Positions 39,982-50,913 of a DNA stretch of 64,000 bases are shown in pieces. A program made the position numbers and the translations under genes. Position 1 is the stretch's first letter. The number at the start of each line of letters is the position of its first letter. The DNA is from an uncultured Clostridium sp. (GTDB taxonomy: Bacteria > Bacillota > Clostridia > TANB77 > CAG-508): contig CANTAQ010000001.1 in NCBI GenBank assembly GCA_947651825.1, positions 414,249 through 478,248 of the forward strand, read 5' to 3'. The notes beneath the pieces are model-generated. The model searched no databases and had not been told where the DNA came from. It saw only the letters and a program-made list of their open reading frames with translations.

Positions 39982-40230
39982 TGTTAAGTAGCAAGGAAGA
40001 TCACAAGAACCGGTCACCTGAGCAAAGTCCCTCACCTGATGAGAGGTTAAATGAGCTAAATGCTATTTGCCAAAAGTGCATGACCGAAAAGGCTAAGCGT
40101 TTTGAGACGCTCTCAGGCAAAGACTGTATGTACTGCCCTACAGGCATTGAAATTCACTCCCTTGACTCCAGGTCTTGGGATAAGGTCGATTGGAATTCAG
40201 CTAAGTGGGGAAAATATTATCGGTTCTAAA
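39982..40230 (+). CDS. small hypothetical protein (83 aa) with two CxxC pairs; GC-elevated
   Basis: RBS AGGAGG 7 nt before the ATG. CQKC...CMYC motifs. ~46% GC. Confidence 0.45.
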
Positions 40231-40261
40231 CGTTTTCTGAACCTGACTGCAGGGTCTGAAA

Positions 40262-40305
40262 AAGGCTGCCGCTAAGCAATTATCGGCAGTCTTTTTAATT
40301 TTTTT
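40262..40305. terminator. bidirectional intrinsic terminator with GC-rich stem
   Basis: ggctgccg-ctaagcaattat-cggcagtc followed by a T-run. Confidence 0.6.
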
Positions 40306-41107
40306 TATTTATTTTATTTTGCCTTTCTCTTATTTCTTCTTGTATCCTAATTTGTGTCTCTTTTATATCTTCTTGTATTCTTGCTTGTGTCTCTTTTATT
40401 CCTTGTTTTATCTTTTCTTGTCTTTCTTTTATTTTCTCTTGTTGTTCTGCTATCCATTCTTTAAATTTTATTGAGTTTTCAGCATATGGGAATGCTTTTA
40501 TAATTCTTCTATGTAATCTCAATTTATCTTGTATTATTTTCCTTACTTTCTTAGATATTTCTTCTGTGTTATCCTTCACATTCAGTTTTAATTTTGATAC
40601 TTTTGATAAATTTAATATTAATTTAAATGATATTACAGTATCTATAACAAATATTGTAATTAATACAATTGCTAATATTAATGTTATTAGTTCTGGAATT
40701 AGTTCAATTACTCCTAATATTAATGGATTTGCAAAATAAATTATTCCATATGCTAATATTCCAAATGGTATTAATGTTTCTAAGCATATTCTTCCATTAA
40801 TATTCATTTTTTTATTGCTATAGTCCCACCATCTTGCATGGAATATTTTTTCCATAAAGTAACTTGTAAAATATTCAAGTGTTCCACATATAAGTATTGA
40901 CATTACAAATGTTATAATTCTATCTTCCTTGTATTTTGCTAAAAATATTGTTATTAGTATTACTCCTATTCCATATATTGGGCAATATGGTCCTATTAAA
41001 AAACCTCTATTTATTAACTTTTTTCGTTGGATTATACTAAGTATAACTTCCATAATCCACCCAAATATTGAATAAGTGAAAAATAATAGTACATATTTTG
41101 GTATCAT
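40295..41107 (-). CDS. membrane protein of the putative ABC-transporter type IV (CmpB-like) family with C-terminal coiled-coil repeats
   Basis: Motifs YSIFGWIMEV and RGFLIGPYCPIYG. C-terminal repeated IKETQxRIQE units. Confidence 0.5.
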   Translation of the reverse strand: MIPKYVLLFFTYSIFGWIMEVILSIIQRKKLINRGFLIGPYCPIYGIGVILITIFLAKYKEDRIITFVMSILICGTLEYFTSYFMEKIFHARWWDYSNKKMNINGRICLETLIPFGILAYGIIYFANPLILGVIELIPELITLILAIVLITIFVIDTVISFKLILNLSKVSKLKLNVKDNTEEISKKVRKIIQDKLRLHRRIIKAFPYAENSIKFKEWIAEQQEKIKERQEKIKQGIKETQARIQEDIKETQIRIQEEIRERQNKINKKN

Positions 41108-41131
41108 TTATATTGTATTCCCCTTTTTTAT

Positions 41132-44100
41132 TTATGTATTTATCTTAATTTTCTCTTCATTTTCTGTTTTACTGTTTTCTTTTGCTATTGCTTTTTGTTT
41201 ATTTTCTTTTATCTTAAGATTATCTTTTGCTATTGTCATTAATAGTTTTATTCTATTTATTTGATTACTTTCACTTGCACCTGGATCATAATCTATTGGA
41301 GCTATATTTGCTTCTGGATATTTTTCTCTAATTGTTTTTATTACTCCTTTTCCAACAACATGATTTGGTAAACATGCAAATGGTTGCACACATACTATAT
41401 TCTGAATTCCATATTGCATGAATTCTAACATTTCTGCAGTAAGAATCCATCCTTCTCCTGTTTGATTTCCTGGAGATAAAATCTGTCCTACTTCTTCTAC
41501 AAGTTCTTCAATTTTGCATGGAGGCAGGTAGCCTTTATTTGATTTTTCTAAAGCTTTTTTGTAATCCCTCTCTAGATAGTTTATAAATTTTAAAACTATC
41601 TTATATACCTCAGCTGTTAATTTTCCTGTTGCTAATATTTTTTGTTTTACTATGGAATTCATTATTACATATTTTACAAATCCCATAAATTCTGGCATTA
41701 TTACTTCTGCGCCTTCTTTTTCTAATAAATCATTTACATAGTTATTTCCAAATGGATGATATTTTATTAAAATTTCTCCTACTATTCCTACTTTTGGTTT
41801 TTCTACTAAAGTATCTAATTCTATCTTTTCAAATTCTTCTACTATCTGATATAGACTGTTATTAAACTCTTTATTATTAGAGTTTACTGATAAATCTCTA
41901 CATTTTGTTATCCATTTATTATATAATTTTTCAGTTTCTCCTTTATTTACCTCATAAGCTTTATTTTTATAGTAAAGCTTTTGTAATAAATCTCCATATA
42001 TTACGCCTCTTGCTAGTTTTTTTACAAGTCTTAAGTTAAGTTTAAATCCTGAATTTTTTTCTAGTCCTACAAAATTAAAAGATATTACTGGTACATTTGA
42101 ATACCCTGCATCTCTTAATGCTTTTCTTATAAAACCTATATAATTTGTTGCTCTACATCCACCACCTGTTTGTGACATCATAAGTGCTACTTTATTTGTA
42201 TCATATTCTCCTGATTCTAGTGCTTCCATTAATTGTCCAATTGTAAGTATTGATGGATAACATGCATCATTATTTACATATTTTAATCCTGTTTCTACTG
42301 TATTTTGAGTGCACTCTCTTAATAATTTAACTTTATATCCTTCTGATGCTAATGCTTTTTCAAATATTTCAAAATGTATTGGAGCCATTTGTGGAATTAG
42401 AATTGTATAATCTTCCTTCATTGCTTTAGTAAATTCTATTTTTGGAAGTTCATATTTTCCACAAGATTCACATACAGCTTCTTTTCTTTTATTCATACTT
42501 GCAATTAATGAACGAATTCTTATTCTTATTGCTCCTAGATTATTTACTTCATCTATTTTTATCAATGTATACATTTTTCCAAAACTTGCAAGTATCTCTT
42601 CTACTTGGTCTGTTGTTACTGCATCTACGCCACATCCAAAAGAGTTTAATTGTACTAATTCTAAGTCTTTATTGTTTCCAACAACATCTGCTGCTCTATA
42701 TAGTCTTGAATGGAATACCCATTGGTCAACAACTCTTATTGGTCTTTTTACTGTTGATAAATGCGCAATACTATCTTCTGATAATACACATAATCCTAAT
42801 GATGTTATCATTGTATCTATTCCATGATTAATCTCTGGATCTACATGGTATGGTCTTCCTGCAAGTACTATTCCTTTTATATTGTTTTGTTTTATATATT
42901 CTAGTGTTTCTTCACCTTTTTTTCTAATATCTTCTCTATATCTTTGATATTCTTTCTCTGCTTCTTGGACTGCTTCTTTTAATTCTTTTTTTGTAAAATT
43001 ATATTCTTTAAAATCTTCTATTTCCGATAATCTTTTTTCTAATCCTTTTTTTTCAAAAGGTAAGAATGGATTTATAAATTTTATATCTTTACTTTTCAAT
43101 TCCTCAACATTATTTTTCAATACTTCTGAATATGATACAACTATTGGACAATTATAATAGTTATTTGCATTTTCATCTTCTTTTCTTGAGTACATCATAC
43201 ATGGATAAAATATTGTTTTTACCCCTGATTTTATTAAACTTATTATATGTCCATGACTTAATTTGGCTGGATAACATACTGATTCTGATGGCATTGATTC
43301 CATACCTTTTTCATATGTTTTTCTATCACTTTTTTCTGATAATATTACTCTAAATCCTAACTTAGTAAACAACGTAAACCAGAATGGATAGTCTTCATAT
43401 ATATTCAAAACTCTTGGTATTCCAATAGTTCCACGTATTGCTTTTTCTTCCTCTAATGGTTTATATTGAAATAATCTTTGATATTTATATTTATATATAT
43501 TTGGAATTTGAGTTTTGCTTTTTTCTATTCCTGCTCCTCTTTCACATCTATTTCCTGAAATAAACTTCTTTCCATTTGAAAATTCATTTATAGTTAATTG
43601 ACAATTATTTTCACATCCATGACATCTTGTATGTAATATTGTTACTTTTAAATCATCTAATGCTTCATTTTTTGTTATTTTTGATTCATATTTTTTATCA
43701 TTATTTAAGTCATATTGTTCTTTTGCAATACATGCAATACCATAAGCCCCCATAAGACCTGCTATGTCTGGTCTTATTACTTCTTTTCCCACAATTAACT
43801 CAAATGCTCTTAAAACTGCATCATTATAAAATGTACCGCCTTGTACAACTATATTATCTCCTAATGTTTTAACATCCCTTATTTTCATAACTTTTTGGAT
43901 TGCATTTTTTATTACTGAATATGAAAGTCCTGCTGATATATCTCCTACTTTGTAACCTTCTTTTTGAGCTTGTTTAATCTTTGAATTCATAAAAACTGTA
44001 CATCTTGAGCCTAAGTCTACAGGTCTATTTGACTTTATTGCTTCTTCAACAAATTCTTCAATACTCAAATTTAAGTTTTTAGCAAATGTTTCTATAAATG

Positions 44101-45451
44101 AACCACATCCTGAAGAACATGCTTCATTAAGCATTATATTATCTATAACACCATCTTTTATTTTGATATACTTCATATCTTGTCCACCAATATCTACAAT
44201 ACTTGTAGCTTCTGGCATAAACCTTTTTGCTGCAGTGTAATGAGAAATTGTCTCTATTTCTCCTACATCTAAATTTAATGCTGTTTGCATTAATTTTTCT
44301 CCATAACCTGTTGATCCTGAGTATCTTATAACAGCTTTTTTAGGAAGAACTAAATATAAATCCTTTATCATTGCTATAACTGTTTGTAATGGCTTTCCTT
44401 CATTGTTTTTATATGCTGAATATAATAAATTATAATCACCATCTATTAAAACTATTTTACTTGTTGTTGATCCTGCATCTATTCCCAAAAAGCAATCTCC
44501 TACATATTCCTTTATATCCTTCTTAGGAACAGTATGTTTTGAATGTCTTTCTTTAAATTGTATATATTCATCCTCGATTGTAAATAGTGGTTTTAAAGAA
44601 TCTGATGAACTATCTCTATATTCTTTTAATAAATTAATTTTTGCTTTTAATTTTTGAGCTGATACTGTATTATAATTTATAGAATCTAATGTAGCACCCT
44701 TTGCTACTAGCAAATGTGCATCTTCTGGAGCAATTACATCTTCTTCTGTCATATTTAAAGTCTCTATAAATCTCTTTCTTAATTCTGACAAATAGCTTAA
44801 TGGTCCACCCAAAAATGCGACTTTACCTCTTATTGGTCTTCCACAAGCCAAACCACTTATTGTTTGGTTTACAACTGCTTGGAATATTGATGCTGCAATA
44901 TCCTCTTTTGCTGCCCCTTCATTTATTAATGGCTGAATATCTGTTTTTGCAAAAACTCCACATCTTGATGCTATTGGATAAATTGTATTATAGTCTTTTG
45001 CAAGTTCATTTAATCCTGGTGTTGTTGTATTTAATAAAGTTGCCATTTGATCTAAAAACGCTCCTGTTCCACCAGCACATGTTCCATTCATTCTTTGTTC
45101 TATTGATTTTCCAAAATAAATTATTTTTGCATCTTCTCCACCTAGTTCTATAACAACATCAGTTTCTGGTATATATTTTTCTACTACCCTTTTACATGCT
45201 ACAACTTCTTGTATAAAAGGTAGTCCTAAAAATTCAGAAACAGAAAGTGCTCCAGAACCTGTTAATGCTATTGTCATCTCATAATCCTCGAAATTATCTA
45301 TTAACTCTTCTAGGCACTTACATACTGTATTTTTTGTATCAGAAAAGTGTCTTTTATATGTTTTATATAATATATCTAAATTGTGGTCCATAACTACAAT
45401 TTTTACTGTAGTAGAACCTACGTCTATTCCTACATGTATAACTTTCTCCAT
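41132..45451 (-). CDS. fusion protein: two BadF/BadG/BcrA/BcrD-type ATPase (CoA-enzyme activase) modules + 2-hydroxyacyl-CoA dehydratase D-component-like domain
   Basis: [10 protein letters not shown] and [10 protein letters not shown] actin-fold ATPase motifs, followed by HgdB-like Cys motifs. Start set at [10 protein letters not shown]. Confidence 0.75.
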   Translation of the reverse strand: MEKVIHVGIDVGSTTVKIVVMDHNLDILYKTYKRHFSDTKNTVCKCLEELIDNFEDYEMTIALTGSGALSVSEFLGLPFIQEVVACKRVVEKYIPETDVVIELGGEDAKIIYFGKSIEQRMNGTCAGGTGAFLDQMATLLNTTTPGLNELAKDYNTIYPIASRCGVFAKTDIQPLINEGAAKEDIAASIFQAVVNQTISGLACGRPIRGKVAFLGGPLSYLSELRKRFIETLNMTEEDVIAPEDAHLLVAKGATLDSINYNTVSAQKLKAKINLLKEYRDSSSDSLKPLFTIEDEYIQFKERHSKHTVPKKDIKEYVGDCFLGIDAGSTTSKIVLIDGDYNLLYSAYKNNEGKPLQTVIAMIKDLYLVLPKKAVIRYSGSTGYGEKLMQTALNLDVGEIETISHYTAAKRFMPEATSIVDIGGQDMKYIKIKDGVIDNIMLNEACSSGCGSFIETFAKNLNLSIEEFVEEAIKSNRPVDLGSRCTVFMNSKIKQAQKEGYKVGDISAGLSYSVIKNAIQKVMKIRDVKTLGDNIVVQGGTFYNDAVLRAFELIVGKEVIRPDIAGLMGAYGIACIAKEQYDLNNDKKYESKITKNEALDDLKVTILHTRCHGCENNCQLTINEFSNGKKFISGNRCERGAGIEKSKTQIPNIYKYKYQRLFQYKPLEEEKAIRGTIGIPRVLNIYEDYPFWFTLFTKLGFRVILSEKSDRKTYEKGMESMPSESVCYPAKLSHGHIISLIKSGVKTIFYPCMMYSRKEDENANNYYNCPIVVSYSEVLKNNVEELKSKDIKFINPFLPFEKKGLEKRLSEIEDFKEYNFTKKELKEAVQEAEKEYQRYREDIRKKGEETLEYIKQNNIKGIVLAGRPYHVDPEINHGIDTMITSLGLCVLSEDSIAHLSTVKRPIRVVDQWVFHSRLYRAADVVGNNKDLELVQLNSFGCGVDAVTTDQVEEILASFGKMYTLIKIDEVNNLGAIRIRIRSLIASMNKRKEAVCESCGKYELPKIEFTKAMKEDYTILIPQMAPIHFEIFEKALASEGYKVKLLRECTQNTVETGLKYVNNDACYPSILTIGQLMEALESGEYDTNKVALMMSQTGGGCRATNYIGFIRKALRDAGYSNVPVISFNFVGLEKNSGFKLNLRLVKKLARGVIYGDLLQKLYYKNKAYEVNKGETEKLYNKWITKCRDLSVNSNNKEFNNSLYQIVEEFEKIELDTLVEKPKVGIVGEILIKYHPFGNNYVNDLLEKEGAEVIMPEFMGFVKYVIMNSIVKQKILATGKLTAEVYKIVLKFINYLERDYKKALEKSNKGYLPPCKIEELVEEVGQILSPGNQTGEGWILTAEMLEFMQYGIQNIVCVQPFACLPNHVVGKGVIKTIREKYPEANIAPIDYDPGASESNQINRIKLLMTIAKDNLKIKENKQKAIAKENSKTENEEKIKINT

Positions 45452-45665
45452 CTTTACCTCTTTCTTAATCATCCCTGTCATATTATATCATATTTTGTCA
45501 ACTTATAGTATACTTTATCTTATTTTCATAATAAAAAATAAATGGTTCATTTGTTATATTTTTCTTTAAACAATATTCATTATTATCTTTAAATATGCAT
45601 GATTAGCTAACGCTATTATTTTCTTATTAAAAATAAGCATGTTTTTTAGCATGCTTATTTGCTTC

Positions 45666-48600
45666 TTACCTTTCTATTTCTTCTCTAGTCATTTCTATCT
45701 GCCTTAAACATTCTTCAATTTCTTTTGCTTGTTTCAAAGTATATTGTCTTTTTAAATCTCGTATTCCTAATATTCTTAAGAATCTTCCTCCCCAACCTTT
45801 TCTTAAGTCCATTTTATCAGCTTTACTACTTCCAACACCCCTATGAGTTGTAGTATAAATATCATCACTTTCTTTGGCAGCTTTTCTTAATCTAGAAATA
45901 TTAATTCTTTCATTACCATTTCTATCTCTTTGTATTACTTCATCTTCTATTTGTATGTATTCCTCTAATGGCATTGCATAAGTCCTTTTTCCATATGCTG
46001 GATAATTTCTTCCAAACTTCTTATCAAACATTTTCTCGATTACCACTCTATCTAAGTTATCAAAATAAACAATTAAATAACCATCTACATATCTTTTATC
46101 ATAATTTTCATATAATAAAGAAAATAATCTCCATCTTTGAAATGGGTCTGTTACTGTTTTCCTTGTTGTTACTATTCTTTCTTTTCCTATTTCCTTTTTC
46201 TCTCCATTAGATGTACCTTCATCATGCATATCTCCATTAGATGTACCTTCATCATGCATATCTCCATTATTAGTATAAATATAATTCATAAGACTATCTC
46301 TTAAATCTTTTTCTGAAACTTGATCATAAGTAGAATAAACTAAAATAATCTTTTCTATATCACTCATATCAGGTTTTGATAGAATTTCTCTTATATCCCA
46401 TACTTCTCCATCTTCATTGTTTTTAAAGATTTGTTTTGTATCACTTGGTCTTAACTTACCATCTTTTACCATAGAATTTAAAAGTATCATACCACCATAT
46501 TTAATAAGTTCGTTTAATCCAACTATGTTTTCCGCATATAATCGTGTTACTTCTTCCTTTGAAAGTGTTCCATCTAAAAGTTGTATAACTCTTTGTCTTG
46601 ACTCTGCTATTCGTTCTTCTGATAATTTCTTTAATATAAGTTCACGATAAGCCAAAGTATATCTTTTAAATTGTTTTTCATTTTTATCTTGTAATAATAT
46701 AACTATTCCTTCTTCAGTTATTTCATCTTCTACCTTTTGAGCATTATCTCCTAATAGTCTAATACTTTCAAAGCCTATTTTTCCTTGTAAATACATATCA
46801 AATATCTGTTTTTCATCTCGTAATCCCTTTTCATAAGCTTGCTTAATTATATTTCCATGAATTTTACTTTGTGCATTTTCAAGTACATAAGGAATATCGT
46901 CTTCTCTTACTACTCCATCCCTGGCTATTTGATTTAATACACCAATTTCTCCATATTCAACAGCACTTGATAAAGCAACAACACCATCTTTATATAATTG
47001 TGTTACAGTATCGTCGCTAAAGTCATCCTCTAGTCCTAGAATAATATCGTCATCACTTCTTTGTCCATTTAATTGGTATAATTGTACATTTTTTTCATAT
47101 TCTTGATATTCATCATTTTTGTCATTGTATTTTTTCCTATATAAATTTAATATTTTTTCTGTACTAGTTAGTCCAGCTATTCTTTCAGCTCCATATCTTT
47201 CTTTTAAAATTCCTAAAATAGAAGGATTTGTAATGTAACTTTGATAAAGTCTATCATTAGTAATGCTTCCTCTATTCTCCAAATATAATAGATTTTCTTC
47301 ATCTTGGTTATTTAATGCTAATACAAATGCTCCATTAATTTCATCATCTGATAATAAATCATATACATTTCCTAGTTCTTGCAATGCAACTCTTGCTTCT
47401 CCTATTTTTTTGCCATCTAATTTAGTAGATTTTATATCTGCTAATATCGCTTCTTCATTTAAATTCCTTGTTAGAATTATTTTAGACAAATCATCTTTTG
47501 ACAAATATTCTCTTAAATACATATATACTATATTTGTTTCTGATACCTCTGGAGAACATAAAACATTTACTAGTGTAGCTCCAGAAATCACACCTTTGTC
47601 TGCCAAAAATCTTAAATTATTATCATTTACTTTCGAAAGTTGTATTCCTTCTTGTATAGATAAATATCGATAATATTCTCCCAAATCACTTAACAAAACT
47701 TGTCCTGAAGTAATTTCTTCATCAGAATGATATCTACCATCTTTTGTAATTTTGCATAAATCTTTTTTTACATCTTCAGCTGTATACGTTGCTTTTATAG
47801 TGAAATCACCCATATTATTGCCATCATCTCTTGAAAAAAGTTTAACTTTTGATCTTTCGTCTACTAAATTTTTAATAGCACTTAGAAATTCTCTTGCTTC
47901 TAATACAAGTTTTTGCATTTCTTCTGGTGTTCTTTCTTTTTCTGAATCTAATATTGCCTCTATTTTTCTATATGCAATCGTTAATAAAAATTTATCATCT
48001 AATATTCCATAATGGTAATCCTGCACTCCTTGCATACAGGTTCTTTTTATTTCATCTCCAAATATTAAATCATAGTTTTTTTCTCTGCGTTTCGAATTAT
48101 TCATATAATCATTTGCCTCATCTAATGACATATTAAATTCGTTCATCAATGTTTTTCTTTGCATTGTTAGCATAAAAGCGTCTACAAAGCTATAATTTTT
48201 AGAATAAATTAATGTCAAATCTGAAAAATCAAAATCTTTATAACTGCTTAAAAGCATTTGTTTGACTGCAGCTAATTTTGCATTTTCTGTTTTTTCTTCT
48301 CTGCTTTTATTCCCATATACTAATACATCTGAAGAAATTGTACAAATAGTTGGTTTTGTAAAAGTACTATCTATATCTGCTCTATATAAAATAATATTGT
48401 CTCCGCGATTTATATATCGTTTTGCATATTCCATTATTTTTTGTCTTTTTCTTCTATTTTGTTCTTCTAATGTTTGTGAATTATTTATTCTAGGAAAAGT
48501 ACTAATTGTAACTCTGTCCATTTTCCAAACACAAGTTAATATTAATTTTTTAATATCAATTCTTCCTGCCATACTTATACAAAAGTCCTTCATTGATTGA

Positions 48601-48722
48601 TTACTTTTTATTTCTTGACTTAACTCGTTTTTATCTGTTTCTATTGCTTCTATATCATACTCATCCACATAATCTATTTCGCAATCTTCAAATAACTTTT
48701 TTATTTCTATAACTGTTGCCAT
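45666..48722 (-). CDS. large hypothetical protein (1018 aa), internal repeats, no recognised catalytic domain
   Basis: Long ORF with normal codon usage. Contains an in-frame 30-bp tandem duplication (NGDMHDEGTS x2). Confidence 0.6.
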   Translation of the reverse strand: MATVIEIKKLFEDCEIDYVDEYDIEAIETDKNELSQEIKSNQSMKDFCISMAGRIDIKKLILTCVWKMDRVTISTFPRINNSQTLEEQNRRKRQKIMEYAKRYINRGDNIILYRADIDSTFTKPTICTISSDVLVYGNKSREEKTENAKLAAVKQMLLSSYKDFDFSDLTLIYSKNYSFVDAFMLTMQRKTLMNEFNMSLDEANDYMNNSKRREKNYDLIFGDEIKRTCMQGVQDYHYGILDDKFLLTIAYRKIEAILDSEKERTPEEMQKLVLEAREFLSAIKNLVDERSKVKLFSRDDGNNMGDFTIKATYTAEDVKKDLCKITKDGRYHSDEEITSGQVLLSDLGEYYRYLSIQEGIQLSKVNDNNLRFLADKGVISGATLVNVLCSPEVSETNIVYMYLREYLSKDDLSKIILTRNLNEEAILADIKSTKLDGKKIGEARVALQELGNVYDLLSDDEINGAFVLALNNQDEENLLYLENRGSITNDRLYQSYITNPSILGILKERYGAERIAGLTSTEKILNLYRKKYNDKNDEYQEYEKNVQLYQLNGQRSDDDIILGLEDDFSDDTVTQLYKDGVVALSSAVEYGEIGVLNQIARDGVVREDDIPYVLENAQSKIHGNIIKQAYEKGLRDEKQIFDMYLQGKIGFESIRLLGDNAQKVEDEITEEGIVILLQDKNEKQFKRYTLAYRELILKKLSEERIAESRQRVIQLLDGTLSKEEVTRLYAENIVGLNELIKYGGMILLNSMVKDGKLRPSDTKQIFKNNEDGEVWDIREILSKPDMSDIEKIILVYSTYDQVSEKDLRDSLMNYIYTNNGDMHDEGTSNGDMHDEGTSNGEKKEIGKERIVTTRKTVTDPFQRWRLFSLLYENYDKRYVDGYLIVYFDNLDRVVIEKMFDKKFGRNYPAYGKRTYAMPLEEYIQIEDEVIQRDRNGNERINISRLRKAAKESDDIYTTTHRGVGSSKADKMDLRKGWGGRFLRILGIRDLKRQYTLKQAKEIEECLRQIEMTREEIER
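46201..46269. repeat. exact 30-bp tandem duplication (2.3 copies) inside CDS
   Basis: tctccattagatgtaccttcatcatgcata repeated twice, then a partial third copy. Confidence 0.9.
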
Positions 48723-48734
48723 ATTATTCCCTTT

Positions 48735-49523
48735 CTAATTTAAATAATCTTCTTTTATCTTATCTTTTTCCATTTGTTTATATGGGTTCTCATTAATATA
48801 AACATATTTTCCGTCTATTTGTTTTCTTAATTCTTCTTTTGAAATATTTTGTTTCGTTAAAATAACAACTATATCTTTTTCACCATACTCATTTATTTGT
48901 TCGATTACTTCTTCTACATTTTCACATTCTTCATATCTTTCCATAAGCATAAAATTATAATCTGCTATTTCACAAATCATTTCTTCAATTTCTTGAAATT
49001 CTTCAGAATCACAATAAATTTCTATATTTCCACTAGGATTATAAGATAATTGTTTTAAATTTCTTTTCTTCAACAATTTATACATATCTCTTTCTCCCAT
49101 TACAATTATCTTATCAAATTTTAATAGATTGTCCTTTTCATTTATTGTATCTCTTACTAAGTTAATTGTAATATCTACATTCTCTTCGTTTAAAATCTCT
49201 TGTATTATTTTTACAATTCCACTATTTAATCCATACATAGTTTCTTGTATATCAATTGTAATGTTTATTTCCTTTTGGATTGCTTCTATAGCTAATAACA
49301 ATGTAAGATATGGATTTCCTGAATGGATTACTAATATATTGTTTCCTTTTACTTCACTTTCTTTTTTTCTTTGTCCTTTCAACTTTATTATTTCAATTAG
49401 TTTTGAAGTCTTTATTTGAAAAGAATAATATTCGTTATCTATCTTATTTAATTTTTCTAATATTCTTTTATTTCTTTCTATACTTTTTTCTAATTTTTTC
49501 CATATTTCTTCTTGACTATCCAT
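48735..49523 (-). CDS. hypothetical protein (262 aa), co-operonic with the 1018-aa protein
   Basis: 13-bp gap to the downstream gene on the same strand. Confidence 0.55.
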   Translation of the reverse strand: MDSQEEIWKKLEKSIERNKRILEKLNKIDNEYYSFQIKTSKLIEIIKLKGQRKKESEVKGNNILVIHSGNPYLTLLLAIEAIQKEINITIDIQETMYGLNSGIVKIIQEILNEENVDITINLVRDTINEKDNLLKFDKIIVMGERDMYKLLKKRNLKQLSYNPSGNIEIYCDSEEFQEIEEMICEIADYNFMLMERYEECENVEEVIEQINEYGEKDIVVILTKQNISKEELRKQIDGKYVYINENPYKQMEKDKIKEDYLN

Positions 49524-49787
49524 ATCTTACCTGCATAATATATTTAACACTTTAAATATATTACACTCCTTTCAATATTTTATAACTCTTTTATATTATA
49601 TCACAAACTTAACATAATTTCCATAATTAAAAAACATCATGCATTGATGATGTTTTTTCCTCTATATTTTACTCCTGACTATTTATATTTTAGTTTTTGC
49701 TCTCCATATATTTTGTGTTGAATAATTTATATAATTATGCTATAATTCGTTTGGGCTACTTAAATTCTTTAAGGAGGTCCTTATTTT

Positions 49788-50339
49788 ATGTTTAATTTCT
49801 TTAAACTTTTCTCTATTTCTGGTATTTTTCTCATTATTTTTTCATTTTTTGTTCTTTGTTTTACTATACGTTTTTTTGATATTTCTACATCTGCTCCTGA
49901 TATTAATTATCCTATATATGCTTCTGGATTTGTATGGCCTACTCCTAATTACACTCAAATCACATCTCCTTTTGGTTATAGACAATCTCCTTTCACTGGA
50001 GCAATAGCTTATCATTCTGGTATAGATATTGGAGCTCCACAAGGTACTAATGTTCTTTCAGCATTTTCTGGTACCGTTACATATATTGGTTTTAGTGGAG
50101 CTAATGGTTTTACTGTTCGTATTTCTAATGGAGATTTTGAAGCAACTTATTCACATCTTTCTCCAAATTTCATTGTTTATGTAGGTCAAATGGTTTTTAT
50201 TGGTGATGTAATTGCAATTATTGGTCCTAAAAATGTTTATGGTATTCCTAATAATCCTTATAAAGATTCCAATGGAAATCCCACTAATGGCTCTACTACA
50301 GGTCCTCATTTACATTTCTCATTAAAAAAGGGCCGGTAA
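49788..50339 (+). CDS. M23 family metallopeptidase (LytM domain) with signal anchor
   Basis: HSGIDIGAPQGT...HLHF zinc-ligand motifs. Confidence 0.8.
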   Translation: MFNFFKLFSISGIFLIIFSFFVLCFTIRFFDISTSAPDINYPIYASGFVWPTPNYTQITSPFGYRQSPFTGAIAYHSGIDIGAPQGTNVLSAFSGTVTYIGFSGANGFTVRISNGDFEATYSHLSPNFIVYVGQMVFIGDVIAIIGPKNVYGIPNNPYKDSNGNPTNGSTTGPHLHFSLKKGR

Positions 50340-50367
50340 ATACACCAACCCTATTGATTATTTTTAA

Positions 50368-50886
50368 TTAATTTTCTTCAGCTAATCTATACAAAGCATC
50401 TTGCATCATAATATTATTTAATGATGCTCCATATCCTATAAAATCTCTTAAGCTTCCATCTTCCAATATATACATTTCAATTTCATCACTTATACTTTCT
50501 GTTGTATACTCTCCACCTTTGCTGTGGTCTATATATGTCATGCTTGTATATTTACCTACAATTTTCCCTCCATCAATCTGATAAGTACCTTCTAAAGTCA
50601 AACCAGCAAACCCATCAAATACTATTATTTTTCCATCTTCTATTTCCAAATAAAGAGTTCCTACTAACATTTCATCATCTTCTGTCTCTGGAACATATTC
50701 ATATGTTCCATTCTTTAACTCAATCTTTTTTGGGTCTTTTTGATCTGAATCTGTTTTTCCTCCTTGTATTTTATTTATAACGTTATCTTTGCTTTTTTCT
50801 TCAGTTTTGCCATCACATCCTGTTAATGTAATTAATATAGAAAACATTACTGCTACAACCATTATTATTAATCCTGTTTTTTTCAT
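50368..50886 (-). CDS. lipoprotein, hypothetical
   Basis: Lipobox LTGC. Confidence 0.55.
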   Translation of the reverse strand: MKKTGLIIMVVAVMFSILITLTGCDGKTEEKSKDNVINKIQGGKTDSDQKDPKKIELKNGTYEYVPETEDDEMLVGTLYLEIEDGKIIVFDGFAGLTLEGTYQIDGGKIVGKYTSMTYIDHSKGGEYTTESISDEIEMYILEDGSLRDFIGYGASLNNIMMQDALYRLAEEN

Positions 50887-50913
50887 TATTCCGTTCCTTC
50901 TTTCTTTATTCTC

